Assembly (NCBI GenBank): GCA_004431415.1
Contig: QPMI01000514.1
Location: forward strand, 461,888 to 525,887
Direction: 5' to 3'
Source: Cyanophora paradoxa CCMP329
Taxonomy: Eukaryota; Plantae; Glaucophyta
Length of the DNA: 64,000 nucleotides
The position numbers and the translations under genes were made by a program. Of the stretch, positions 12,201 through 23,767 are shown one piece after another; the stretch's first letter is position 1, and the number at the start of each line of letters is the position of its first letter. The notes below the pieces were generated by a model. It saw nothing but the letters and a program-made list of their open reading frames with translations, had not been told where the DNA came from and did not search any database.

Positions 12201-15200
12201 CCACGTCGCTGCGGGGGGTACGGGTTCGAGGCTGAATAAAGATGGAACTAGTAAAAAGCCGGCACCTGCACTCGATTGGCTGGACCTCCTCAGCAGCGCC
12301 CAGTACCCCCGGGACCTCCGTCACCTCGGCCTGGCGGGGGCGTGGGGCGGATGGGAGGGAGAGGCGGGCCTCGGGGAAGCATCCACCCGGCCCTACCTTG
12401 GCCTCGCCCCTCGCGCCGCGCCCCTTGAGGTACCCCGTGATCGTTCTGCCGGCCACGCCGACCCCGTCAGGCCCAGAGGCGCCCAGATAGAAGCTCGAGC
12501 CACAGAGAGCAAGCACCGGGGCGGGGCGCGCTCCTCGCCCGGCCCGAGCAGCGGGTCGTTGGCCGGGCCGACGTCGACGCCCTCCCCCGCCCCCGCCCCC
12601 GCCCCCGGCGCCGCCCTCGCGCCCCGCCCCGAGTCGCCGGCCTCGACGGGCCCGTCCTTGCGGCGGCTCGCGCGCATCTGCTTCTCCTTGAAGAAGTGGT
12701 CGAGCGCCGACTGGCGCTCCACCTGGGAGGGTGAGCGGGTGAGGCGGGGGGCGGGGCGCGGGAAAGAAAGGGCGGCGCGGGGCGCGCCTGGACGATCTCC
12801 TCGTCCTCGGGGATCATCATGAAGGCGCAGATGCGCTGCCCCCGCGCCCCCGGCGGGGTCGGGGCGAGCTCGAGCCGCGGGCGCGGGGGCGGGGGCGGGG
12901 GGGGACCTGGAGGGGGCCGGAGCCCTTGGTGATGTCGGGCACCATGTTCACGATCGTCGCCGACGCCGAGCCCACTGCGCGCCCCGTGAGCCCCGGGGGC
13001 GGCCGTCGGCCCCGCCGCCGCTCCGCCCGCCGAGCGCACGGGTGGTGACGTTGAGGTAGATGGCGGAGACTTGCCCCTTCGAGATCGAGTCCTGCGGGTG
13101 CGCGCGCAGCTCAGGCCGGCGACGCCTGAGCGAGCTGCGCGGGCGGGGGGCGGGGCGGGCGTTGAGGGCGAGGTATCCGAGGACGGAGAGGGTCGCCCCC
13201 TGCAGGCACTGGTTGAAGCAGATGATCGCCGTCACTGCCGCCCCGCCCGCCTCGTCGCCGCGTGCAAGGCTCGCTCGCTCGCGGCGGCGGCGGCGCCGGG
13301 CGACGGGGCGGCGGCCGGGCGGACCGTAGAGCATGGAGTGCATGCGGAGGCGGAAGTTGGCCTCCGTGCTCGCCGTCAGCGACTCCTCGAACTGCTTCAC
13401 CTGCGCGGGCCCCGCCCGGCGGCGTCGGGGGCGACGAGGGCGGGCCGCGCGTGCGGTCGGGGTGAAGAGCGCACCGCCTTGTCGGCCATGCCGTAGTCCC
13501 GGATGACGGTCACGCCCAGCACGACCTCCTGCGCGGGGTGAGGGGCGGGGGGGGGGGGGGGGGGGGGCGCGGGCCTTGACGACGGACATGACGCCCGAGA
13601 GGCTCTTCTGCTTGTCCCCCGACGCCTTCGCCACCCCCAGGTTGTGCGCCCGCTGCGACACGATGATCGCGAACTGCGCCGGCCGGCATCAGCCGCCCCG
13701 CGGCCCGTCTGCCTGCGCCGGCGCCGGGGGCTCGCGCCTGGATGACGATGACGACGGGGGCGATCTTGGGGTCGAGGGAGAACATGAGGGCGACCTGGAG
13801 GGGGGTCACGGGGGAAAGCGGTGGGAGACGGGAGCGGGGGGGCGAGGGGGCGGGCCTGGAGTGCGAAGGTGGCGGAGGCCTGGACGACGCGGAAGACGGA
13901 GGCGAGCGTCGGCTCCAGCGCGTTGATGTCTGCCGGAGGCCGCGCCCCCGCACCACGCGTCAGAGGCGGCGGCGGGCGGCGGCGCGGCGCGGGCGGCGGC
14001 GGGCGGGGCGGGGCGGGGCGGGGCGGGCACCGTTGGCGAAGTAGGAGAGGAGGGAGCCCTCGTCGGCGTCCCGCAGGTACGAGTCCGGCATCGCCAGCAG
14101 GTGCCGCATCATCGTCACCTGCCCCGCCGCCTCAGGCGCGCTCTCAGAGCCCCCCCGGCGCTGCCCCGCGCCGCTCGCCTGGAGGTCCCGCAGCGTGTTC
14201 GTGACGACGCTGCTCTGAATGTACGCTGCCGCCGGCGGTCGGAGGCGAAGGAGGGGGAGGAGGACGGGGCGGAGGAGGCGGGGTCGCTTGGACCTCGCTC
14301 CGCGCACCGTAGCAGTGGGAGCCGATGACGGAGGCGAGGCCGAAGACGGCGAGCAGGATGACGTACTTGCGCAGCTCGCCCTCCTTCTCTGCGCCCCCGG
14401 CGGTGAGCGGCGGGGGCGGGGGCGGGGGCGGGGGCGGGGGCGGGGCGCGCTCTCGAGGGCGGCGTCGACGACGCGGGCGAAGGAGAGGATGAGCAGCGCC
14501 TGCATCGCCAGCTGGCACGCCAGCCCCGCGAACGAGAGCTGCCGCCCCAGCAGGCGTCCGTCCGTAGGCCCCGCGGCCCCGAGGGGCGGAGGGGGGGTAC
14601 GGCACCGCGATCTTGCCGGGGTAGGCGCCCATGAGGCGGAAGGCGTGGGAGAAGACCCACGCGATGCCGCGCGTGCGCCCGTCCACGCGGCCCTCGACCC
14701 ACTGCCGCCACTCCCTGCCCCGCCCCGCCCCGCCCCGCCGCCGGCGTCGGACGCCGAGGTGGCGGAACAGGGGGGTACTCGCACCGCTCCAGCTCGGGCA
14801 GCGCGGTCCGCTTCTTGTTGGGCACCAACCGGCCCACGCTCTGCCAGTACTCCCGGTCCCTCTTCGGCTTCTGCGGGGGAGGGGGAGGAAGGATTGACGG
14901 GTACGGAATCGGTGAGGAGAGGGGTACAGCAGGGTCGGGAGCGCACTTCGACGCCCCCGATCTGGCTGTGGGCGTGCTTAAGGACCTCGAGGGGGAAGAT
15001 CTTCGGGTGCCTGTGGTGGGGGTACGCGGGCGTCAGGGACAGGGGTACAGTGCGCCGGGTGGTGGGGTACGGCGCGCATGGCGGCGAGGAAGGAGACGAA
15101 GGAGGTGGTGAACATTCGGTAGTTGGCGCGGTTCTTCGGCGACGGCCCCGCCAGGATCGAGTGCAGCGGGCTCTGCGCCGCCTCCTGCGCCTGTACCCCC

Positions 15201-16615
15201 GCCTCGTGCCGCGCCGCGGGCCGCGCGCGGGGGGAGGGACGGGGGGCACCTTCTTCTGTGCCTTTGCCTGCCCCTGTTTGCTCGCGCCGTGGTGCGTGGG
15301 GTTTCGAGAGTCGCTCCCGGCGTTGACGTGTCCCAGCACCCCGCTGCTGGCCCTGCCGGCCCTGCCGGGGGACAGCGGCGGGCCCGCCCCGCCGTCCGTC
15401 GGCGCCGCCGCCCGCCCCGAGACTCCGGCGGTGACGCTCGGCGCCCGGCCGGCGCGGCTGGCGCCGGCCTCGTGCGCCTTGGGCGACGACGGCTCCCCGG
15501 CGCCCGCCTCGCCCGCGCCCCACCGCGGGAGGATCTTCCGCATCGAAGCGGCCTGCGCGCCGCCGCCTCAGCTTCCTCTCGCAGCCGCGCGCAGGGAGGG
15601 CGGGGCGCACCCCGATGCTCGCCGCCCTGTCCAGGAGGCCGCCGCCGGGGGCGCCTCGCGCCGAGGGGGCGACGCTGAGGCCGCCCCGCGGGGCCGACGG
15701 GCCCCCGGGGGCGCCCCGCGCTTCGCTCTTGATCGCCGCCGCCGTCGAGGCGTTCATCTGGAACTGGTCGACCTGCGCGCCCCGCCGCCGCCGTCGGCCC
15801 GTAAGAGGAAGAAGAGGAGGAGGGCGCAGGGGCGGTGCGGGGGCGGGGGAGGAGGAGGAGGGCGCCGCTGCAGGGGGGGCGGGCCTTGGTCATGTTGGCG
15901 GCGATGACGGAGCCGAGGAGGCCGTCGACGAGCCAGGCCCACTGCGGCGGCGGCTCGCTGCACCCCAGCACCATCGTGCTCGCCACCGCTGCCGGGCCCC
16001 CCCGCAGCCCCGCCCCGCCCCCTCAGCGCTCCGCCGGGCGGCGGGCGCCAGCGGGCGGGCGGGCGGGGCGGCACCGCGGTCCAGGAGCTCGAAGTCCCGG
16101 TCGAAGTCCAGCGTGAAGGAAAGGATCGAGGCCTTGCTGCCCGCCGCCTGCCGCCGCCCTCGCCGGTCGCGCGCGGCGCTCGGGGCGCGGCGCGCGGTCC
16201 CACCTCGTTGTACGCGGCGCGGCCGCCGAGGATGCGGACCGTGAGCGGGAACGTGCACGCCGGCTGGATCTTCATGTCCGCGAGCCCCGCGCGGATCTTC
16301 GTGAACCGCTGCCCGATCTTCTCGACGACGGCGGCCGGCAGCGGTCCGTCGTCGCTGGCCAGGCTGCGGCCGCGCTCGGCACGCGCGCTAGCTCTCTGAG
16401 GCGCGCGGGCGCACCGGAATTCCCCATCTTTCCCGAGCGCGATGTACTCCAGGCCCGCCTGCTCGCCGGCCAGCACGGTGACCTGCGCCGCAGTAGGGCG
16501 GCGTGTCACCGGCGGCAGCAAACGAGCGGCGAGCTCGAGCGGCGCCGGTGTCGGAGACCTTGATCGTGTCCGGATCGGCGGCCAGCGACGGCCCGCGGAT
16601 CGAGGCCAAGGACAT
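9253..16615 (-). CDS. ABCB-type half ABC transporter with long N-terminal extension and C-terminal cyclic-nucleotide-binding-like domain, spliced
   Basis: Walker A IVGGSGCGKSTLL (about 12010-12060), signature [27 protein letters not shown] (about 11405-11490), TM exons 12930-14670; downstream exons YKAGDRVSSQETPATRLDLVISGVL and VNASTDCRVLRIP resemble a cNMP-binding fold. The 15700-16615 exons may belong to this gene or to a separate one. Confidence 0.75.
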
Positions 16616-17189
16616 GGTTGCGGCGACTGCGTCTGTGCGCTGTGCTTAAACACTTCTACAATGCTATGCTCTGCAATCTTGATATAGAGAGCGGCCGGAT
16701 CCAGGCCGATGGCGCCGTGCGAAGCTCCACGCGGGCGCGTCAGGGTCTAGCTTCCCTACTCCGGCTAGCGATCGAGCTTGAGCTTGCGCAGCCGCGTAGG
16801 TCCATCGCCGCCTCGCGCGCTGCGGTGGGTGACCGCGCGGCTGGGCCGGGCTGGCGTCAGAGGGGGTACAGTTACAATTCGGATTTGATCAGCCGGTCCA
16901 CCTTCGAATTCACTGCATGCACAGCTAGCGCTATTCCTCCAGCTAGGAGTCTAGGCTCCGACGCTAGCGCTCCGGATCCCTGCGGCCGGCATCGCGGCCG
17001 CGCATTCGGCCCGACGCGCCTATAGCGCTAGCTAGGCCTCCGCCTGTTCGCTCTGCGCATGCGCGCGCGCGCAGGCATGCGCATGGCGTCGTACGCGTCG
17101 TCGTCGGAGCTGTGCGGCCACGGCCACGCGCGCGCGTGCGAGCTCGAGGCCGGTAGCTGCAGCTGTAGCTTCACTGAGTCATACGAAGT

Positions 17190-18048
17190 ACGCGGAGACG
17201 AAGTACGAAGGCGGATCGGTGTGCTGGAATCGAAGACGGGGCTCTCCCACATGTACAGAGAATCCGAAGGCGCGCCGCACAGCGCGCGCAGGCGTTTGTT
17301 CGCGAGGGCAACCGGAACCAAGGTTCGCGCGGCGTCCTTTGCCAAGATCGCCAAGATCGCAACGAGAACATCGTCTGCAGCTGCGAGCGGCGAAGGTCAT
17401 GATCAGCTGCAGAGCAAATTTAAAGCGCTAGCGCTCAAAGCCCATGGCCATGGCCAGGCGGCGCTCCCCCGCCCCCGGCTCCGCGCAAACCACGCGAAGG
17501 TCTAGAGATAATATTAATCTATAACCGCATTCGCATTGCTGCGGCCGCCCGGCCGTGGGCCGGGCCCACGGCCCACGGCCCGCTGTAAGCGTACGCGTGC
17601 ACGTGCGCATGCACAAGCGTACGGCATGCGCAAGGGCGCAGCCGGCGCCCGGCCGCGCCGTGGCCATGGGCCGGCCGCGGCCGCGGGAGCTCGAGGGCGC
17701 AAACTGGCCATGGAGTAAAGAGCTCGAGGTGTGCCTGGCCATGGAGCCGATGAATGCGCATGCATATGCGGTCGGCTGCGGCCGCGCGCCCTAGGCCTAG
17801 GCCTGCATATGCATGTGCATGCGCATATGCATATATGCATGCGCAGCAGGCCATGCAGAGGAGAGGCCGACATGCTGTGAAGAGACAAGCGCGCCGCCGC
17901 AGGGCGCGGAGAAGCGATCTACGCTGCTTCTAGAACGCGACAGCTCCCCCGCGCCGCCTCTCCGGGATCCCGCCCGGACTCGCGCTGAGTGTTCACCTGG
18001 GAGGGAGTCGAGCAGCACCGCGTCGGGCGGCGCCCCAGATGCGTGCGT
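17190..18048 (-). pseudogene. Decayed inverted partial copy of the 5' end (exon 1, intron 1, exon 2) of the F-box gene at 31617
   Basis: Shares THASGAPPDAVL.DSLP and LAKDAARTLVPVALANKRLRALCG..WESPVF plus the intervening intron with about 31628-32209, expanded by many palindromic insertions. Confidence 0.85.
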
Positions 18049-18559
18049 CTCCGATATAAGACGAAGCAACGTCGAATTCGAAGCTGTCGGAAGCAGCCGG
18101 GAAGCTCGCTCCAGGGGTACGTGGTTGGCCTGGGGCTTCATGTCTGGCCCTCTTTAGCTACCAAGGCGCAATCCGCAAAATGGAGGAGAGCGGCACGCCG
18201 CGGCTGCCGCCGCTGGCGACGCCGCGCTCAGCCGGGCTCTCCCCAGCCACCACGCCCCGCAAGCACACGGGTGCGGAGCAACAGGAAAGCGCGATCCTAC
18301 GTAGAGCCGCATGCGCTGCCTCAGCGGATCGACTAATTGCCCACCGCCGGCCGAGCCCGCAACTCTAAGCGGCCCCGCTTAGCTGGAGCCTTCTGGGGCA
18401 TCTCTGCCTGCCTTAGCTATGAGCAGGACTTCGCCCGCCACCTTGCAACCACCGCGCCGACATATCTTACGCAGGCACCACGCCCCCGCCCAATCTACTC
18501 CTCACGTCGACGGAATGGGGCAAAGCGGTCCGCCGCCCCCTGCTTCTTGCGCTGCCAGC

Positions 18560-21500
18560 CGCCCGACGCCACCCGACGACGGCGCCAGACGGACCCGCGG
18601 ACGACGCACGAGCTGGCGATGCGGCTGCGGCAGTCGGAGGCGGCGCTCCTGCAGGCCAAGGCCGCGAAGACGCAGGTCGTGAACAAGATGGCGGTGCTCA
18701 TGGAAATGCTCGCTTCCGCGAACGCCGACCGCGGCGCCCTGCTGCACCGCGTCGAGGAGCTCGAGGCCGGGGTTCGCTGAACGGTTCGCGCGCGCCGCCG
18801 CCGCCGCGCCGTGCTGAGGCGCCCGCCGCTCGCAGCGGTCGGACGCGGCGCATGTCGACGAGGAGACGCTGCGGCGGGTCGTGGTAGAGCGGGACCGCCT
18901 GCAGGCGCGCCCGCGCCGCCGCCCCCGCGGATTCGAGCCGAGGCGCCCCCTCTGACGTGACGAGGCGCGCGCAGGCCACCGTGGCTCTCATGGAGGGAGA
19001 GCTTAAGGCGGCGCGGCAGGCCCTGCACGACGCGCTCGGAGGTGCGCGGGGCCGGCCGGCCGCGCCGGCCGCGCCGGCCGCCCCGAACGAGCGGGCCGGG
19101 GGCTGGCGCAGGCGGGCCGGACCCGGCGGCGCTGAACGGGGAGCTGGCGGCGATGCGGGGGCGGGTGCGGGAGGCGGAGGAGCGGGCGCTGGAGGCGCAG
19201 CACCGGGCCGGCGGGGCGGAGGAGGCGCGGCGGCGCGCGGCGCTCGCCGACGCGCGCCTCGCCGAGGCCCGCGCCGAGAGCAAGGCGCCCGCCTCCCTTC
19301 CGGCCCCCTCGTGTTCCCGCGCCGAGGCTCCGCAGGCGCTGGCGGAGCGGGTCGCGGCGCTGGAGCGGCTCAACGACGCGGCGGCGCGGGCGGCGGCGGG
19401 GACGGCCTCCGGCTCGGGCCCCGGGGCCGCCCCCGCCGTGGTGGGCGAGGCGGACCAGGCGCGCCCCACGCTGCCCCCCCGCCCCGGGCCTCTCCCGAGG
19501 GCGCTCGCCTGAGGGGGTGCGGGCAGGCGCTGGCGGCGGAGCTCCTGGCGCGCTACCGGAGCATCCGCGCCTGCGCGGCGGTGCGCGCCCCCCGCCGCCC
19601 CCGCCCCTTTCTATTTCGCCTCGCTAGCTAGCTCTCTCTCTCTTTCTCTTTAAGCTGCGGCATTCTAACTCGGCTCTAAACTAACCTGCGCCCGTTCACA
19701 GGACTCGCCGGCGTTCCGGGAGGAGATGCGGGGGCGGACGCGGCGGCCCAGCGCCTCGACGCCGCCTCGGAGGCCGCCCGCCGCGCCGCCGCCGCCGCCG
19801 CCGCCGCCCTCCAGGCCAGCCCCCCGCCCCGCCGCGCCCCACCCCGCCCCGTCTCCCCCTTGCCTCACCTGAGCCAAGGGGTCGGGGCTGCAGGCGGCGC
19901 ACGCGGAGGCGGCGGGGGCGGGGCGGGAGGTCGATGGCGCCCTCTCTGCCGCTGTGCGATCAAACCCCGTCCTTTCCGCCCGTCCCGCCCCCGCCCCGGC
20001 CCGACTCTCGTCCTCTTCGTCAGGTGCGGGAGGTGGCGGGGGCGGTGGATTCGGCCGACGGGGCCCGCGCCGCCCTCACAGCCGCCTTCCGGTGCCCGCC
20101 CTTGCCCCAGCCCCGCCCCTCCCTTGGCGCCACAGCGCTTGAGCCGGACGCCGTGAACCGGACGAGTCTCCGTGCCCAGGGCCTGACGCGCCGCCGCAGG
20201 GACGTGCGGATGGGGCTGGAGGTGCTGCTGCGGGAGCGGGACGAGGCGCGGGGGCAGACGGAGAGCACGCGCACCCTCCTCGCCCGCCAGGTCCGGACCT
20301 GCCGGCCGCTGCGCATCTGCCTCCGCGTCTCGCTGGGCGGAAGCGAGAGGGGCGGGGCACGCGCGGCACGGCTAGCTTGCGCCCCCGCCGCAGCTCCGGG
20401 GCGACGCGGGCCGGGGCGCAGGTGGTCGACCTCGAGATGGAGCTCGCCCGCGTGCGCGGGGGCGCCCCGCCCGCGGCCCCGCCCCCGTCGGCGGGGGAGG
20501 GGGCGGGGGCGGGGGGCGCGGGGGCGGGGGACTACGCGGCGCGCGTAGCGGAGGTCGAGGCGGACCGGGTGAGCGAGCGCGCCGGCGGCGGCGGCGCGCC
20601 GGTCGCGAGCCGGGCTGAACGACGGGCGCAGGACGCGTGGCGGGCCCGCTTCCAGGACCTCGCCCAGCGCCTCGAATCCGTGCGGGGCCCTTTTTCCTTT
20701 CTCCCCCCCCCTCCCCCCTCCCTCCCCCTGCCGAGGCGGGCGCCGCGAGCGGCGCAGATCGAGGCGGGGGGGTCGGAGCGGACGCGGGGCGAGATCGAGA
20801 AGGACCGCCTCATCGGCATGCTCTCCACGGTGCGGAGGGGGCGCTCGGCTGAAGAGCTTGGCGGGGTGTGAGCGTACGGGCGGGCGGTGCAGGAGCTGCG
20901 GCGGCGGGAGGAGGCGGGGGCGGTGCCGCTGGAGGCCTTCCGGTCCCTCCAGATGGTCAAGCGCGGCCTCGAGGACCACATCCGCGTGCCCGCCACGCCT
21001 CCCCGCGCGAGCCGCCCCCCGCAGCGCCTCGCTCAGCGCCTCCGCCTCAGCTGCAGGAGGACCGCGTGGCGCGGCTCGAGGTGCAGTGCGGCCAGCAGCA
21101 GCGCCGCATCGACGAGCTCGAGGTGCCCCGTACCCCCCTCTCTTTCCCCCCCCCCCCCCCCCCCCCCCCCCGCTTCTTCGGCTAACCCGCAGCCCCGCCA
21201 GGCGGGCGCGGGCCGGATGCGGAAGCTCGAGGAGGAGATCGCGGACAAGAACACGTGCGCCCGTACCCCTTTCGCGCCTTTCTCTCCGACGCCGTACCCT
21301 CCCAGCGCGATCAAATCGGTCGAGCGCGAGCTCTCGGACTTCAAGCGGCGGTACGGCGACGTCGTCCAGGTCCGACTCGTGCCCCCCACCCCGCCGCCTC
21401 TCGATTGCCGCACCCCATCGACCCCCGGGCCTTCGCGGCAGGCGCGGCAGTCGTCCGCGCAGGCACTCTTCGAGGAGGCGGTCGCCCAGGTGCGGCGCCC

Positions 21501-22943
21501 CCCGCCCCCTCCCGCCCAAGTGCCCCCGACCCTCCTCCCAGCGCGCCGTCTTCACCCGCGACGGCCCCGAGTTCCAGGCCATCATCGATCACGCGAAGCG
21601 CGCCCCCGTACCCCCCTTCTTGCTTTCCCGTACCCCGGACTGATCCCAGCCCCTTCCAGGCACCTCGGGATCGACCCCGTGGAGGAGCCGCACCTGCTCT
21701 GGGTCGCCGAGGTTCGTGTACCCGTGCATTCAGGGGGGTACCTGTCCGAGTCTTTCGCCGCAGGAGTCGCTGGCGGCGCCTCTGCCCGACGGATGGGTAG
21801 AGCACTCGGCGGAAGGCGGCGATATATTCTTTGTCGACGGTGCGCGGGGGTGTACCCCCTACCGCCCGCGCGCCCCCGGAGACCGTGGTGCGCAGAGGTG
21901 ACGGGTACCACGACATGGACGCACCCCTTGGACGACTACTTCCGGTTCCTGTACGCTCAGGTGAGCAGGGATACCATGATTCGGGGGCGTCCGAGGAGGG
22001 TACGGAGCCGCGCCTTCTCCTCGCAGGTCCGGGAGCGCATGCGCGCGAAGGGGCCGGTCGTCCCGGGTACCGTCACGCAACGAGCCCTCCGCCTCGTCGA
22101 CGTGCGCACCGCACCTCTCTCCCGCCTTCGCTGCGCCGGGGGTACGTTGTTTCCGACTTGGCGCGCAGGAGGCGAGGGCGCGGTCGCAGGCGAGCAGTGC
22201 GGCGGGGTTCGCGGTGAGCGCGCCCCACGAGAGCGGCCCCGAGCGGCGCCGAACCCGGTGCAGGCCCAAGTGGGACGGCCTCTCAGCAACGCGGCGCCGG
22301 CCTCCGCCGGCCCGCCCCCGGGCAGCGGCGGCAGCGGCGCCCCGGCGCCGCCGCCCGCCGACGCCGCCACGTACAAGTGCGTACCCCTCGCCGCTCGCTC
22401 GTCTCCTCCGCCTCACTTGACATCTGGTCCAGGCGGCCGCGGTCGGCGACGGCGACCAAGATCGAGGGGCCGCCGGCCGGCTTCAGCGGCCCGCTCTTCG
22501 CCCCGCGGGCAGACCTGCAGGAGTGGCCGGCTCAGGTGACTCCGGCGGCCTGTTCGGGGGGGGCGCGCAGCCAGCCCCCTCCTCACTCGTTCCTCCGCAG
22601 ACTCCCAAGCCTCTCAAGCCTTCCGCGCAGTGGAGCAAGGGTTGGGCCCCCACTCCAGTCCTGCAGGCGCGCCCGTTGCCCTGCGATCCCCGTACCCCCC
22701 GCCGATGCAGTTTTCGGCGCAGCCGGTCCTGGAGCAACCGGCGAACTACAGCCTCCAGCAGCAGCAGGCGGGTACCCCCCGGGCCGCCGTTGCGCCGCCC
22801 ACGCCCAAGCTGCACGCGGTGAGCCGGCGGCTGCTCTGCGAAGTGCTCGTGCTAGTGCTCGATACTCCCGATCCACCCTCACAGCCGTGCAGGACGAAGA
22901 GGAAGCGAGGCTGTACCCCAACGTACTGCGGAGACTTCCTTAG
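18560..22943 (+). CDS. Coiled-coil protein with CEP164-like WW domain, spliced
   Basis: Exons HLGIDPVEEPHLLWVAE / ESLAAPLPDGWVEHSAEGGDIFFVD / TGTTTWTHPLDDYFRFLY (21660-21960) form a WW domain with the CEP164-type upstream helix; preceding exons are E/R/L/A-rich coiled coil. Ends approximate. Confidence 0.65.
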
Positions 22944-23767
22944 CTTCATAGTCATTTCCTGAACCCGTGAGCATGCCTGGCTGTAGGCTGTAGCAGTAGG
23001 CCTCTAGCAGCGCCCTTCTTCTCGCTCCAGATCCGTCGATGTCGATATCGATGCATATGAAGTTTCGTTTTGCACACGTGCACTGCGCATGCGGCACGTG
23101 GGCGGCGGGTCATCGGCGGCGCGTGCTGGGCATCAGAGGTTCGAATTAATATTAATATCCGATAGTACTTCCGATAAGCAAGGTTGCTACGATGCTACTA
23201 GAAGCGCTACTACTAGTACTGCTGCGCTAGCAAGGTCTCGAATAAGGCCTACAGTAAGAAGGAAACGCGCTCACCGCGCAAAACTCCGTAAAATCAAAGA
23301 GCTAGCACATGTACTCTAGATCTGCTGGTAGCCTATAGCTACACTTGCAAGGGGCAACGTCAACACTGATTTTCCTATGACTGTCTACACGTGCATTCTC
23401 ACACAGACGCAACTTAAGTTCGCGAATATTAATTCGGATGATCACGTATGTCATTCTTAAGAAAAGAACGATATCGACTTCTACAACAACGCTAAATTGA
23501 GGCAGCTGAGAAATGAACGCTTCCAGAGTTAATTCGAGGTTTGGAAAGAGTGAATTTGCAAGTATCAAATGTCGACGCAGTCAAGTCCCGAAAGAAAATC
23601 TTTGAACAATCAAAAACTACTTCAAAGAAAGGACGGCAGGGAGGCCGGTCATCGGGTGGCGCTGAGCTTGATGTGATGACAGATATTGTAGAAAGTGGCA
23701 AGCCTGATCGAGAAACGACGCCGAAAGTCAGATGCGGGAATCGATCCACAGATTCGAAAAAAATCTC

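Noticed and set aside
22960-23760. AT-richer island between convergent host genes as a second viral relic
   Set aside because: Only short ORFs without recognisable motifs; compatible with 3' UTR/intergenic DNA.
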